Shown here: piece by piece, positions 1 through 12,937 of the stretch
Position numbering within the stretch: the stretch's first letter is position 1
Layout: each line of letters begins with the position of its first letter
From: Amphiscolops sp. MND2022
Lineage: Eukaryota
Direction: 5' to 3'
DNA length: 64,000 nt
Assembly: GCA_964187785.1 (NCBI GenBank)
Contig: OZ076409.1
Span: 14,386,001-14,450,000 of the forward strand
Program-made: the position numbers and the translations under genes
The notes under the pieces: model-generated
Databases searched by the model: none
Seen by the model: only the letters and a program-made list of their open reading frames with translations
Told to the model about the DNA's origin: nothing

Positions 1-1172
1 TTCTTTCTAGTCTAGTGTTCTTCATCAATCTGGTTGTTCACCGTAAGAGCCCCCAAGCTCTAAAAAAGTTTTTAATCGCCTGAAATGAACTGAAGACTTG
101 TAGTCTCAAATGGTAAGGAAAAGAAATTTTAGCTGACTTTGGTCGCAAAAAGGTTTTTACACAAGTTGACTGCCCAAACGAATTTTAACCGGCTGAAAAC
201 TGTAGCTCTCGAGCTGGTGCTAAAACCTCGTTCATGTTTTGTACGAATAGCTAGGCAGTAAGTTCTTTTTTTTTTCTCTCGTAAAAAAACTGCAAAGTCG
301 ACCAAAATTGTTGCCGAAAAACAAGGACTCGTCCTTGTTCCCCGATGTGTGGATGATGGTTCCCAGCAGTCACTGTGATGCAGTTCCCAGACGATCCAGA
401 CGCCGCTTGCCAGGGACGACAAGCCAGGAGCCTGGGGAGTGATGTAACGGCAAGCTCTGGTACAGCAACATCAACCGACATGTTTAGAAAATTTTGTCAA
501 AAATTCGTTCAAATTTGACGTGGCACTCAAACATGCTCAAGACGAAGTACCTGCCAGAAAAAGTACCCCAAAAAAGCAGAAATCGCCGCTCGCGACGAAC
601 AAGCACCGGAGACGACTACGAAGACGTCCCCAACGCATACAGAACACGGTATTGTGTCAATCTCTAGGAGATATCCATTACTACAGTAAAGGAAACCAGT
701 GTTCCAGATGTTCGCCTGAGTATCCCTGTGGTATCATGTGTGGCAACTAGCGCTAGCGCTGGGAACCTGAGGTCAATTCTCATCAAATGACTCTGAACTC
801 TTGATTTCTTGTTGTATTTTTCGATGTGGTAGATTAATATGCTCGAGAGATGTTGTTTAACATCTGTTTATTCAATTTGGCGATTTTATCAGATTCTCCA
901 ATATTACGGTTCAACCTTCATCGATTTTCAGCCCAATTTTTAAAGGCTAGTTGAGCAGTGGTCTTGAGTCTTGCAAGATGCCTGTTACTTTTAGCAGTTA
1001 CAGACTAGGACCAGGCCAGAGAGCGTCCTACGAGACGGTTCCCCCACCTTGGGACTGGCTCCTTCGGAGGAAAAATGAGCTAGGGCCGCGGAGATCTAGG
1101 TCCCAGATTATATTCGCTGTTCTAGTTCCTCCACTCTACGTTGCGGTTCAAGCGCCAGCGCTTATCGTTACA
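1..1172 (+). mobile_element. 3' end (3' UTR, PPT and 3' LTR) of a Ty3/Gypsy LTR retrotransposon related to the 19-kb element and to the solo LTR at 54059; the rest lies upstream of the window
   Basis: LTR 443-1172 has TGTAACG...CGTTACA termini and is preceded by purine-rich GGGGAGTGA. The motif TTGCCAGGGACGACAA (407-422) matches TTGCCGAGGACGACAA upstream of the PPT of the 19-kb element. Confidence 0.8.
443..1172 (+). repeat. 3' LTR (730 bp)
   Basis: Terminal inverted repeat TGTAACG/CGTTACA. Both ends align by eye to 54059-54856 (ctggtacagc...gacatgtt.agaaa.ttttgtcaaaa; gctagtt...gtggtctt...aagatgcc.gttact.ttagca; gttcctccac). Confidence 0.8.
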
Positions 1173-1307
1173 TACCTCAGTCACTTTTTGATTGTTTTGT
1201 ACCTAACAGGTAAGAATTTTTCGATCAAGTCTTCATCGCAAATTAGCAAACCTAATAATAGTGACAGGTAAATTAGCTTTTTTGATCAGATCCAATGAAG
1301 AGGAAGG

Positions 1308-2040
1308 AAAACAAACCGGGAACGGCCAATGTCGGCGCCCCGCTCAAGGTGCAAAAAATTAGAGTTCTTTAAGCATGTAAAAGGACACTATAAATAAAAG
1401 TTTTTTATTCTTACAGTGCAAAAAACCCGAAGTACTCGGAAACCACTTTTTGCCCAACTGGAAGCAATAAAACCCCCGAAAATGTTTTTTTTCTTCGGAA
1501 AATGTCACATAGAGCTCAAAACTTTAAGGAGTCTTCTGTGTTCGCAAAACGGTTCGTTTCTAGTAGAAATCGGAGGCTTCGATAAAATCAAATTAGGGAA
1601 AAGTCGTATAGTACCGGATATAGCGTGCTGGTTCACCTAATTTTAAGACGAAAAATAATCATGTTGAAAAATCTCACAATTCCGAAATGTGTAGAAAGGG
1701 GGCACTTTGGGCTTTTTGAAAATCCAGTTTGTTGCAAAATATCAAAAATTGAAGGGTGACTTTTGGAGACATTGAAAAAGTTTGGAAAAAATGTTTCACA
1801 ATGCCGAAAAAAATTGAAAGGGTCTCGTCCATTTAGCATTGTCCGGATTTGCAAATGCACCAAAAAGTTCCTGGCTGAAGCAGGGACTCGAACCGAAATC
1901 GCTGGGTATCCCCTAAACCGGTTTATCTCTGTACCAAAAAGTGGTGCATAGAGGGTGAGCTCTGTTGTCTGGAGGGGAAAAAAGAAAAAACTAACCACTG
2001 TAATCGTCGGGCTGTTTTATGAAAAAGCGCCGACTAAAAA
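1308..2040 (-). mobile_element. Non-autonomous Helentron-associated (HINE/DINE-1-like) element
   Basis: Subterminal inverted repeats GTCGGCGC (1331-1338) and GCGCCGAC (2027-2034). Imperfect hairpin at one end (gtcgggctgttttatgaaaaagcgccgac), short stem-loop at the other (ccgggaacgg), and T/A-run boundaries. Related ends recur at least four more times in the window. Confidence 0.65.
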
Positions 2041-3196
2041 TAGATTCTAATACCTAGCAATTGTTGATTCTCAAGGGCAAACCTATTTGAAGAGCTGATC
2101 AGCGCATTCTTCGTCCCAGTTGTTTGTCTTTGTTTGATACTTTTATTATTAACATACAATAGAATAAATAAATACTTCTTCTTTTCATGCTCGTGCAGGG
2201 CACTTTTTAGTTTAAAGATTTCTTGCAAAATGTGGTATGGAGCTGATTGTTTTGCTATTGAAGGTTGTGGATATTCATTGCGGTAAAAACACCCTAAAGA
2301 ATGGAAGCAACTTGCTCAAAATAGTCGCAGAATGAGTTTACAACCAAAACCCTACAATTTTTTTGTTTCAGTTCTAGGCACTTTCTTCACAAAACTCGGA
2401 AACTCTTGTTGATGCATGGTTCAATCCTTTTAAAAGGTTGAAATCCGTGGACGAAACGTGCGAACCATGTCAAAAAGCAAAAAAAGCATCACCTGCTAAG
2501 TAGTAACTTCTATCACATATGGTTTCACAAATAAAAAAGCTGAGAGAAACAATTGGAAGCAACGTTATTATCATGTCTCGTCGACTGGTCCTATAAATTA
2601 TAAAAAGTTCAATTTTTATCAGGAAACAACGATGAACAAAAAATTGGTGTTCCATTTTTTTTCAATCGCCAAGCGAAAATTAGGCTGAACGACTTGTGAA
2701 ATCACACTTGGTTAATTTTTGTACTAAGAAATTGTAAAGTGTTAGTTCGTTCATGCTTCCAAAAATTGTTTCCACTTGCTTGATGCTGAAATTTTCTGCG
2801 TAATAGGACGTATTCGAAAAAAATTGTCGATATGACATCACTACTACAACTGGCATTTTTGCTTCAAAGGAAATTGTTGGCAAAGCTAATTAATTTAGTG
2901 AGGCTGATTATCTTCAAGACACGTTGTCAAAACTCACGCTCCAATGTTTTTTGATTCTGAGTAATTTACTCATTGTTCGATTCCAAATAAATTTGTTAAA
3001 CTATTCGAATATAAAACATTTTGAAAATTTCTTGATTTCAATTAAATTTATCCTAGAAAGCAATTCTTTCAAATCGAGTACTGCAGCATCAAAACGTTTT
3101 CCCGCTCTGATACGAAACTAGTTGAGTTTTGCAAACTCTCGATTTATCATCAGAAGCTTACCCACAATGAGAATGAATTATATAGAATCAATCCGT

Positions 3197-3673
3197 CAGG
3201 AATGTTAAATATTGTATTGCAACATTAGGCCTATTGAAGGCCTACAATAAATATTTGAATATATTGTAGGATGAAAAACAATAATTGTTTCAAACAATAC
3301 AGTATTGTTCAAAAATTTATTGATACAAATATCAATTAGATTCATCAACAAAACGAGCTACAGTGAGTTCATTCCAGAATCGTTTGTCACACCTTAAGAA
3401 AACTTGGTGTTCCATGTTCAAAGGGTTTGTCTTTTTCCGATAATTCGGTAATGGCCGCTATTCGTATGCTACAATTAGTTACGCCGGCTAGTGGCCTATT
3501 GAGTAATTGGCTGGCCGCTCTTTGCTGCCAGTTAATTACTTGAAAGGCCGCTAATAATCCATATACAAATACAATAATTGTCTGGAAAAAATAAATAATT
3601 TTTATTCGTAAAGCCCCCAAAATCAATAATTGCAATATAAATTTTTCAATCAATTATTTATTGTACATCCCTG
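3197..3673. mobile_element. hAT-type MITE (477 bp)
   Basis: Imperfect 15-bp TIRs CAGGAATGTTAAATA / TATTGTACATCCCTG with a perfect 8-bp TSD CAATCCGT (3189-3196 and 3674-3681). Internal GGCCGCT motif is repeated. Confidence 0.85.
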
Positions 3674-3781
3674 CAATCCGTACATCCTTTTGGGGCTTTT
3701 CTTTCTCTTTGCGTCTCTTCCTGGATAGATGTTAGTCGGTCAAATGAACAAGGCTGCCGAAATGACAGTTGACTTCGATTT

Positions 3782-3863
3782 GCTAGTTAGTGGTAGTGGT
3801 TACAGTTTTGGCTTCCGAAGCGAAGGGTTGAAGTTCAATTCCCGCTAGGTTCCAATTTTTTTT
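3782..3863 (+). pseudogene. tRNA-derived sequence (tRNA pseudogene or SINE head, possibly Gly-TCC-like)
   Basis: A-box-like TAGTGGTAGTGG, CTTCCGA loop, B-box-like GTTCAATTCCC, then a T run. The cloverleaf is imperfect. Confidence 0.35.
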
Positions 3864-5914
3864 TCGCACCGACTTAGAGTTTTTCTCGGCTACTTTGATG
3901 CTACAGTAGTTACCTTTCCGAAGAGTTTGCTTCAACGTATATGGCTACCTTTGGCAGTGATTTCGACGTCAATAAGTAATAGCCTAATTTTGTACAATTG
4001 ACACAAATTCCATTTAAAATACCATGTAAAGGACATCGGGAAACCACGCGGTTGTTTTTGATAAAAAATAATCTCAGTCAGCTGCCTTGAGGTGCATTTA
4101 TTGTTATCATAATCTCAAAGTCGGAATATGTCAACAATTGGTAGCTGAGAATGAAATTTTTGATGATTATGAAGCTTTCTTTAAGAAACCGATAACTTAT
4201 TAAATATAACTCAATATCTGGCTGAAAGTCCTTGAACGTTTTACAAGTTTTTGAAGATTACCAGTCTAGTTTTACATGATTTGATGAAAATCTCAAGGAA
4301 ACTTTCATGCACTAAAACTTCACCGATTCAATTTGGTTTTATTCAAGTCCATATGGTTTTCAAAACTTTTCAATGTTTTTCTTGAGTTTCGATTCGCGCT
4401 AACGAGGATACGGAAAATGTCCAATTATTGTATCTCTGGAAGCTTTGACGTTATTTTGAAATCCGTTCAAAATTGGCTGAACTATTTTTCCTTCATTGGT
4501 ATCTGTAGTATTCATAGGTGTTTTGAATGTCCCATATTTGGGTCCATTTCATTTGCAACGCATATGCTTGCATCATTTTCAAAATATTCAGTTTTTGGCA
4601 GGCCGTTATTTGACTGAAACTTTCTATTCATTACACAAGAATGAACACGGTAGAAAGTTTCTTCCAGGAATAACACTTTTGTCATCTCGGTGTTTTTGTT
4701 TCAGCATTTTAACAGTTCGTATAAACGCCTCTTTTTGTCGAAAAAGTGTACCTTGGTTTGAATTTCGTGAAAGCTGAAAGCGTTGATTGAGCAGATAATC
4801 TAGGAAGCCCAGCCCTAATACTTTAGCATTTTATTTTTTATTAGTAACATTTCCAAAAGAGGGGATACACAGATATGGTATAAAAAACAAAAAAAATCAC
4901 TAGAAGTCAATTTTTAGCGAAACTGAATACACAGTCAGACTTTTACAACGACAATTTAATTCATCCATTATTTCCAAGAAACAAGTTCCCCATCCAATGT
5001 ACAGAAAATGAGAAAAAATGAGGCCCCGATTTTGAATTGGATTGAATGAGGTCATTTTGAAGCTATCATGAGGGAGTATTTTTGGAGGTTAATCGGTTGC
5101 TTTGTCTAAATCAGGCTAATTTCCATCTCGCTTTTTATCAATTGAAGCTTGTAAGACTGAAGGCATTTTGTAGCTCCAAATCTAATATCACAGATTCATA
5201 AAGAAACATATGACTGAATTACTTCATTCGGTTTCAACTTTCATGATATATATCTCTTTGTCCCTTTTCCGTATCATTTCTTCATTTCTTCGGTGTTCAC
5301 AGGTTGTTTATTGGAAATCGGACTGAATTTTTTCCTCTCAATCTCATTATTTTAGAAAAATTCATGACTGGTGCCTTGTGAGTTAGATAGACGAACAATA
5401 AAAAAATTCAGGTTGAAATCAATACTATTCATATTGAATTCAGCTTCGAAGCCCTTTTTGCTTTAATATTTTGATTCTCTCCCTTTTATAAACTTTTTTT
5501 ACGATTGTCAAATACAACGCAATGTCTTCGTTTAATGTATGAAATATAATAATTGGACTATGGTCACGAAAATGATTGATTTGAGTTGATTTAATCACCC
5601 ATCATCTGCAATCCATTTCAGCACTATTGCGCAAGAGTACGTACCGGTTTAGTTCAACAGATGAGAAAACAAGACGCCGGCTGAGCAGTGACATATTTTC
5701 CGCCCCAAACGGTTCTACAACGACATAAATTTGAGGCTCAATAATAGCCAATGCACTGTGAAAATGCAAAAGAATGCACTATGAAAAAGAAGTTCGAAAG
5801 AAAGTTTTGAATCATTGTAGCCCATTTTTAGAGCAAACACCTAATTTATAAACACGCTAAGAACCTATTGTTTTGTTTTTGAACTTTGTGGACACGAGTA
5901 CAGAACATACCAAA

Positions 5915-6773
5915 TTATCAGTCAGCGCTTTTCGTCAGAAAAGAGCGACTATATTCATGATTTTTCGTCAGTACTGTTTCCGATAACACCTAATCTACCA
6001 CCTAAACTTCTTCAACTTTTCAAGTGAATTCTCACTGTCAATTGACCTAGTAGTTAATGCGAATTTTCTGCAGTGTTAGAAGCAAGGCTACGTGGGTTCG
6101 AGTCTCGTACACAACCAAAAACGTTTCAATGTTGGAAAAGTTGAGGAAGACCAAAGGGTCCCCCTTTAAAATTTTTCGGGACTATGCGACTTTTTTCACA
6201 CTTTTTTTGCGAACATAAACTCTTTCCCTCATTTTTCAGCACAAACCACAGCGTTTTGCAAGCACAGCTGCTAGTTTTTATGGCACTGTGCGATTTATTG
6301 AGTTGGGATACTTTTTCAAAAAAATATTCGAAACGTTTCGAAACATGATTTTGCAGTTTTAGGTTTTTGAGTTTTCTGTGGGGGAAAATATGTATTTTTT
6401 TATGTTGCGCGTGTCTTGAGGGTGAACTTTTGTTGTTTTTTGATCGTTTGCTTATTGTCAAGTGATGAGTATTCTGTATGATTGTTGAAAATATCTCTTT
6501 CCAGCTTTTTTCGCCTCTGTGCGTCGTTCTAAAACACTCCTCACTTTCAAAGCTGAATTGGGCTGGAGAAAAAAAGGTTTTGCGAGCTGAAACTTTTTTC
6601 GGCACCATGGGAATCTCCCAAAAAAAAAATTAGAAAATAGATTTGGAAAAAACGGTTTTTGAATCTAAGCGGGGTGATTTTCGGCAGTGAGCAAAAAATA
6701 TAAAACTGAAACTAGTGTAATTTGCTTGTTTAAGAAATTTGAGCGGGGCGCTAATTTAGGCCGGTCCAGACTT
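5915..6773 (+). mobile_element. Diverged HINE/DINE-1-like element
   Basis: 5' end agtcagcgcttttcgtcagaaaagagcgact and 3' end tttgagcggggcgctaatttaggccggtccagactt match the family ends at 1308-2040. Confidence 0.55.
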
Positions 6774-7299
6774 AATGTAATATTGCACATAACGTCTCCA
6801 GAAGTGTCAAGAATTGGGAAAATTGTTATACTTGACATTTTTGGGGTCCATTTGACGAACGGTTCAAACATGGAACTGCAATGCTACTTGTAAAAAGCCT
6901 AAAATAAATCGAGTTAATTTGTTGTTGAATCGCCCACGCTTCTAAACCACAAAATAGGTCGAAAATGTTACAAGAAAGCATGCAACAAAACGTCAAAATG
7001 TTCTTAAATTTTGGGTCATTCTCAAGTTGTCTTCATACGTGGGGAAATGCAAAAACACTTGCTGGAAGGCGTACTCCATACCTAATGATTTTGCAAGCAG
7101 CTCTTTCAATATGAAATTTTTGACAGAAAAGTTTGCAAAACAATTTACGTTCTCAAGTAAAATTTTTCGGAAGTTGTACTAACAAACCAGTGCCAAAAAC
7201 TTACGGTAGCCACACGTTTCAATCCTGATTCTATGGACCTTCTGATTGAAGTATGTTTCCGGAAAGGGTCCAAAATTGAGACTATGTTGCCGAAAATTG

Positions 7300-8960
7300 A
7301 GAAAAGTTGGAAATTTTGGCACCTTTGTCGTCAAATTCGAGGAACTTTATCCCACTTTTTTTGATTGCGTTTTGAATACCCTCTTGTTTCAACGTTCATG
7401 TCAATGGATGTTTTGTTCTTCGAAATTTTTCGTGATTTGAACAAAAATTCGGAATAATTTGTCAACAAAAAAGTGCATTTTCACTTTTTTCGAGGTGTTT
7501 TGGGGTGCTTCTGAGGCCAAATCCAACAAAAAATTCCAGTTATATTTTTAAAACTGCCTGCTGTGTAATGGAATTGTAGCTGAGTTTTTTGAACAAGGTT
7601 ATTCAAGGAAGTTGCTCAAAAATGATACAAAAAAGTCCATCAAAAAAGGTCTCTTTGAAAAGCGAGCTGCGGACCTAGCTATACCATCTGAAGCTTTTTG
7701 AAGCTTTTATATCACCAATATTTTCTAGTCTCAAACAAAGAATCACTGAAAATGTCAGAAATGGGCAAAAGTTTAGACCTTTTCTACATTTTGTGGTCAA
7801 TTTTGATCCATTTTCCAACCAAAGTCTGCAATCGTGTCCCGAAAATGTTTACTGGATTTTAGTTCAAATGTTGTTGAATGTTTTCCAATCTTTGGACTCC
7901 AAAAAATTCGGAAAATTCACATAAGTTGCATAAAAAGCTGGAGATGTTGAAAATTTAGGACTCATTTTGAGTCTTTCTGAAGTGTTTATGAAGCAAAAAA
8001 TTGCAACGTTCTCGTCAAAAAGGTTACTGCATAGCTTGATCGTTCAATTGTGAACGTTTCGGAACGTCTAACTTTTGTAATGGCTCGGAAGTTGTACTGA
8101 AATTGCAATTAAAACGACAAAAACTTGAAAATTTTGGATTTTTCGACAGTTTCTGGATCAATTTGATGCATTTTTCCATTACAAATTGTTTGTCTTTCGA
8201 CAAAGGCATTCTTCCAGCAAACAACGAAATCTTATAGTGTTTAACAGTTTGAACCTTCTAATCCAATGAGGTCTATCGAAAATAAACAAAGAATGAATGA
8301 AAATTGTGGAAATCGGAAAATTGGAAAGTTTTTCTTTTCCGGTGTCAATCCGAGACATTAATCATTTGAAAAACCTTTTTTTAGATCTTCACTAAGCCTA
8401 CTGAACACTAAACTCATTCCTTGTTGACCCTTTTCAACATTCCAATCCACGAATTATGTCGACAATTGGACAAAAATTGCATGAAAGCTTTGAAAGTTGA
8501 AAAAATTGTTTTTTTTTTGTCATTTTGGTTGTCAATTTTTTTGTAATTCTCATTTAGAAAATCGAAATATCTCTTCGGAAATGCCTACTGGACAGTGAAC
8601 GTCTGTCTTGCTGAACGTTTTCAACATCTTTTTCCACAATCTCCATCGAAAGTTTGACAAAAATTGCATAAAAACGTTTAAAATCAAGAAGTTTTAAAAT
8701 TTTTCGTTATTTTCGGGGTCATTGTCATTTTTTTGGGTATCAATCATTTTGGGTCATTATGGGGCATATTCATCATTCCCAAAAAAGTCCAAAAATCTCT
8801 CGAAATACATATCGCACGAAGCTAATTCTATGCGAGTTGAATTCTGTGGGTGACACCCTTCTATTTATATATAAATTTGGTGCTTGGCAAATTTTGTAAA
8901 AGAAAACTGATTTAAATATTTTTCCCATATGGAATATGGGCGGGAAATTATAATTTATAC
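7300..8960 (+). repeat. Old dispersed repeat built from degenerate ~170-190-bp subunits; second copy at about 24900-26430
   Basis: Shared blocks ttctgaagtgttt..gaagcaaaaaa.tgcaac (~7975 and ~25163) and atataaatttgg.gcttggcaaattt (~8869 and ~26343). Recurring ttg.tgaa.gttttc and aaattgcat.aaaa motifs. Boundaries approximate. Confidence 0.45.
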
Positions 8961-9055
8961 AACCTTAAAGGCATCTAGATCTGATTGAAAAAATTTGATA
9001 AAACTTAGTTCCCTATCAGGGCATGGTCGAACATATAAGCGTTTTGCATTGAGCA

Positions 9056-9851
9056 TTTTTTCGACAAGCAAAGCTGTAAGAAAGACCCGACTATAGTTAT
9101 GACTAATTAATTTTCAATACATACGACAACTTACAGATTTATGAGTTATCATAATAAAAGAACTGTAGTAATGGGCGAATGAATCGGTGGATTAGTGCCA
9201 CAGAATATGAGACATCAGGTCGTGAGTTCGAAGCTTGCTACAGGCTGTGAACTTTGTTAAATAATTCTCTCATTCGAACATTGACTCAGGCAAATCAGCG
9301 ACGAAACAATTATGTCGTGGCATACTGATTTTTGAAAATACCCATATTTGCTTAATTTTGGTAAGTGTTAAAACGTTGGCCTTGTTGATGAAGAAATCTA
9401 ACGTTGAACTATGTGAATGCTAAATTAGTTCAGTTGAACAAAATTGCGCATCAATTTCCTTGACTATTTTTCCTGTCTCACGCTATATCGTTCTCTTTTC
9501 GTTCCATTTTTTCAGTCGTTTTATGTTGTCGTGCAGCAAGTTTAAAATGCGTCTAATAAGCTTTGAATCCATTTACGAGGCTAGACGGTACCAAAGGGGT
9601 TTTCGACAATGTGCTACTTTTTATCGAGTGTTTGTTTTTTCTCCTAACGGTCTCCCTTTGGCTTTTTTCGTTGGTTCCAATTAAGAAAAAGCTTTTACCA
9701 GCCTGAAAGATCCCGAATTCTAGTTTTTCCAGAGTCGTAAGATTCGACACAACTGAGAAAAATTCAGCTCTTTCGCTTTCTGAAAAAAAATAATACTTTG
9801 AGATTTTTGAGCCTCAGGCGAGGCGCCGACTTGGTCCGTTCCCGGCTTGTT
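9056..9851 (+). mobile_element. HINE/DINE-1-like element
   Basis: Well-preserved 3' end ggcgccgacttggtccgttcccggcttgtt and degenerate 5' end ...gaaagacccgactatagttatgact. Confidence 0.55.
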
Positions 9852-12626
9852 CGATTTTTCATTTTATGACATACGATTGGCGCCCTTAGGTCTAGACTTG
9901 ACTCTTAATGGGCGGTGAAACATTCATTATCGATAGCTATTGAAACATTTGTATGTCAGATTCACAAATCGAATTTTCATCTTTTCCAATGCTTTAATGT
10001 CGCCTTTTCCATGGTACATCAAGCTTGTCAAAATTGACAATTTGAATGTACTAATTTGAAGCTGTGAAAAAGCGAAATTGGAACAAATGATGAAAAAAGG
10101 ATACTTGAGCACAGCTCATCAAGAAGTTGTATATGATTTTATTTTTTTTGTCCATCGAAAGCTAGCATCAAAAAGAACTAACAGACAGACAGTGAAATGA
10201 AGTTCAAAACCGTACGTTTTCATCAATCATCCAAAAAGATACACGGTTGAATTGAGCAACAAAATGACATATTGTTGACCTACATAACCTAATTAGATCG
10301 GCTGAGTTGCTCATTTGTCTAGAAAAACGATGTCTGAAAGCTGTCTGTCTGAAAACAGGAATGTGAAAACCCATGTTCTACAAATTTTGAACAGGGTAAT
10401 TCATTTATGAATTATCAGACCAGAAAATTATTTTTTTTACGAGGAACCTTAAAAACTCCCTGAAATCCAAGAAACTTTTATTTCTGATGTTTTACAAAAT
10501 TCTCAACCGATTTCGAGAAAATCGAGCCTAAAGTCGCCCGGGGGACGTTTTCTTATTCACATTACTGTATTTCAAACTAAGTTTGCCTTTTTGCTTTTTT
10601 GAGATTGCAGGCGGTAATCATCGCTCTCTTATTTCATGAAATGTATGTCAAAAGTTGATGATTGAGTTGACCAACGGATTCGTTGAGGATTTGCGTTTCC
10701 GATTTAAAATGAACTTATTCGTCTTTGTTTCGTTGCGATTTAGGCATTCTGGCATTTGTTGTTGTTTGATTGATTTGTAATACCGAAGCTCAAGTCGTTA
10801 TTCAAAGGTAATTCAGTCTGTTTTTCTAAAATAAATTTAGTTTCAGAGCGTCACAATTGTTCCAACGTATGATTATTTTTACGAAAAAAAAAACGGATTA
10901 CCTCCGGCTAATTGGCCAAAGTTTTGTACAATCGGCTATGCATTTGAAACTTTAAATGATATTAAGAAATTATAATTATATTTTTGGTTATTTTTGTGAA
11001 GACCGCCCGCATTCCATTCGAATATACTTTACAATCAAACGACGTCAATTTGAGAAAAGTTTATACATTCTTGCAAAGCCGCTGTAGCCTTCGGACCTAT
11101 TCCCAGCATATAATCTTGCACATTAGGTAATGGGGTCGAATTCTAAAAATGCCAATAACATCGATTTTCTAATTTACATGTATCATTATAACATTACTGA
11201 AAAAAGCATCCTCATCTTTCTGCCAAGGGGTTTGAAAATTTTTCTTAATTCCGAAGACGTTGAGACTGAAAGAAGGAACAAAGAGAGATTGTAATTTCAC
11301 TTCCTCGGGCCGAATTAGACCGAGGTTCTCCGCGGATACAAAAATGATGAGACTGCACCCAACTATTTATGACGTCATCATATTATCTATCACCTGTAAC
11401 GGCAGTCAAGTTCAACTTGGAAGCTGTGTCGGTCGCAGACAAATATTTAACACCGCAATACCACTAGGAATCGCCGTCCAAACATCTACTGAAGGGCGAT
11501 ATTACAGAAGCCTCAAAAAGGCGGCATTTTCAAAGATGATGAAAAGTCAAGGGTGACTATATAACCTCGCAAGGGTGAAGGACTTTGTCATGCTAGGACT
11601 GTCTCAAGGTAATCATTATCAGCATTCAACTCCAAGTAACAAAGGAGCATGCTGACTTGTCAATCCACTGAATTGAAAAATTCACCGGTTCTAGTGAAAG
11701 AAAACCCGCACCTTTTTGGCGTATATAGAAACGGTACACACTGTTACGTATTCTACACAAGCATGAAATATGAATATTCCCAATTATGTCAAGCGCTTTC
11801 CGTCCGTCAAAATACCAGAATCTGTACCAGCTGAGATAAAACTAACGAGTTGGCCAATTGACAGGGAAAATGTACAGCATTGGCGCTTGGATATTTTTCG
11901 CCTAGTTGCAAAGATGGAAAAGTTAAAATGTGAAGAATCTCGGAGGAAATCTGACTTTGAAAAAATAAAATAAATAAGCTGTCGCTCCTCTGTATGTATA
12001 GCCTAAGCATTTGCATCAAATAGTAATTCCAGTATTCAATTTTCAAATCTCAATGGTTTAAAATAGTCATTTTGAAAGAAAACAGGTTTTAACCAGAGCT
12101 TTTCCGGTAACTTCTTTATGCTGAATCACAGCAGTCAATTTTGTTTTTGAGTAACTATAGTTGCAAACTAACCAGAGTGACCATTGGAAAACTTTTGAAA
12201 CAAATGGGGTGAAATAAAAAAACGTTGCCTGAAATTTTCAACATGTACTAAAATTCAAGAACTGCCGATTTAGCCCTAATCCGCGACGAAGAATCATGCA
12301 ACTATAAAACATTCCTTGAAACGGCTTTACCATTTGGCAAATCAAAATGCAAACAAATAGCACAGACCAGCACTTTAATACAGATTTTGGAGTAGAAGTT
12401 TCACATCTTAACATTCATATCAGCCGAGTCTAAATAATGAAGGTTTTGAGCGGCATTTAGAGGAACAATTTCAAGAGAGCAATACAGTTACTGAGAAAAT
12501 TCCAAATGCATCCTTTTTCCGTGTTTTTCATGCCAATAACTGTTGCAAAGCCGACGGAAACTTGAGATTTTTTGATGAAGGGAATCAAACGGGGTAATAT
12601 TCAAGTTCTCTAGAGTGTCATACTAG

Positions 12627-12876
12627 TGTTGAATGTCATTTGAACTAAATTGAATCTAAAAAAAAACTTGTTCATGCATCTCAAAGTTGCTAAGTCTCAA
12701 ATAATTTGTTCTGAACTATTCTGCCGCCGTTTTAATGTTTGTTCACAATTTGGTCTGAATTAATCTTTGAAACACGTTCTAGTTGAAATTTGACTTCCAC
12801 CCAAGCTTTGAGCTATCTAGCTATAGCACAAGTTAACAATTTAGCAGAGCTGTCTCGCCACAGCATACTACAAACA
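12627..12876 (+). repeat. Bel/Pao 5' LTR
   Basis: Direct repeat of 18840-19089. Confidence 0.97.
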
Positions 12877-12878
12877 TT

Positions 12879-12888
12879 TGGTGACCCG
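12879..12888 (+). promoter_or_regulatory. Primer-binding site (tRNA-Trp-like)
   Basis: TGGTGACCC lies 2 nt after the LTR and is complementary to a tRNA ending in ...GGGTCACCA, as in eukaryotic tRNA-Trp. Confidence 0.65.
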
Positions 12889-12937
12889 AAAGGACATTTT
12901 TCATCGAAACTGGTTAGATCGTTTCTTTTTTTCCTTC

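Noticed and set aside
11260..11973. Possible host exon(s) or decayed gene
   Set aside because: Short ORFs in different frames, with no recognisable domain and no supportable splice structure.
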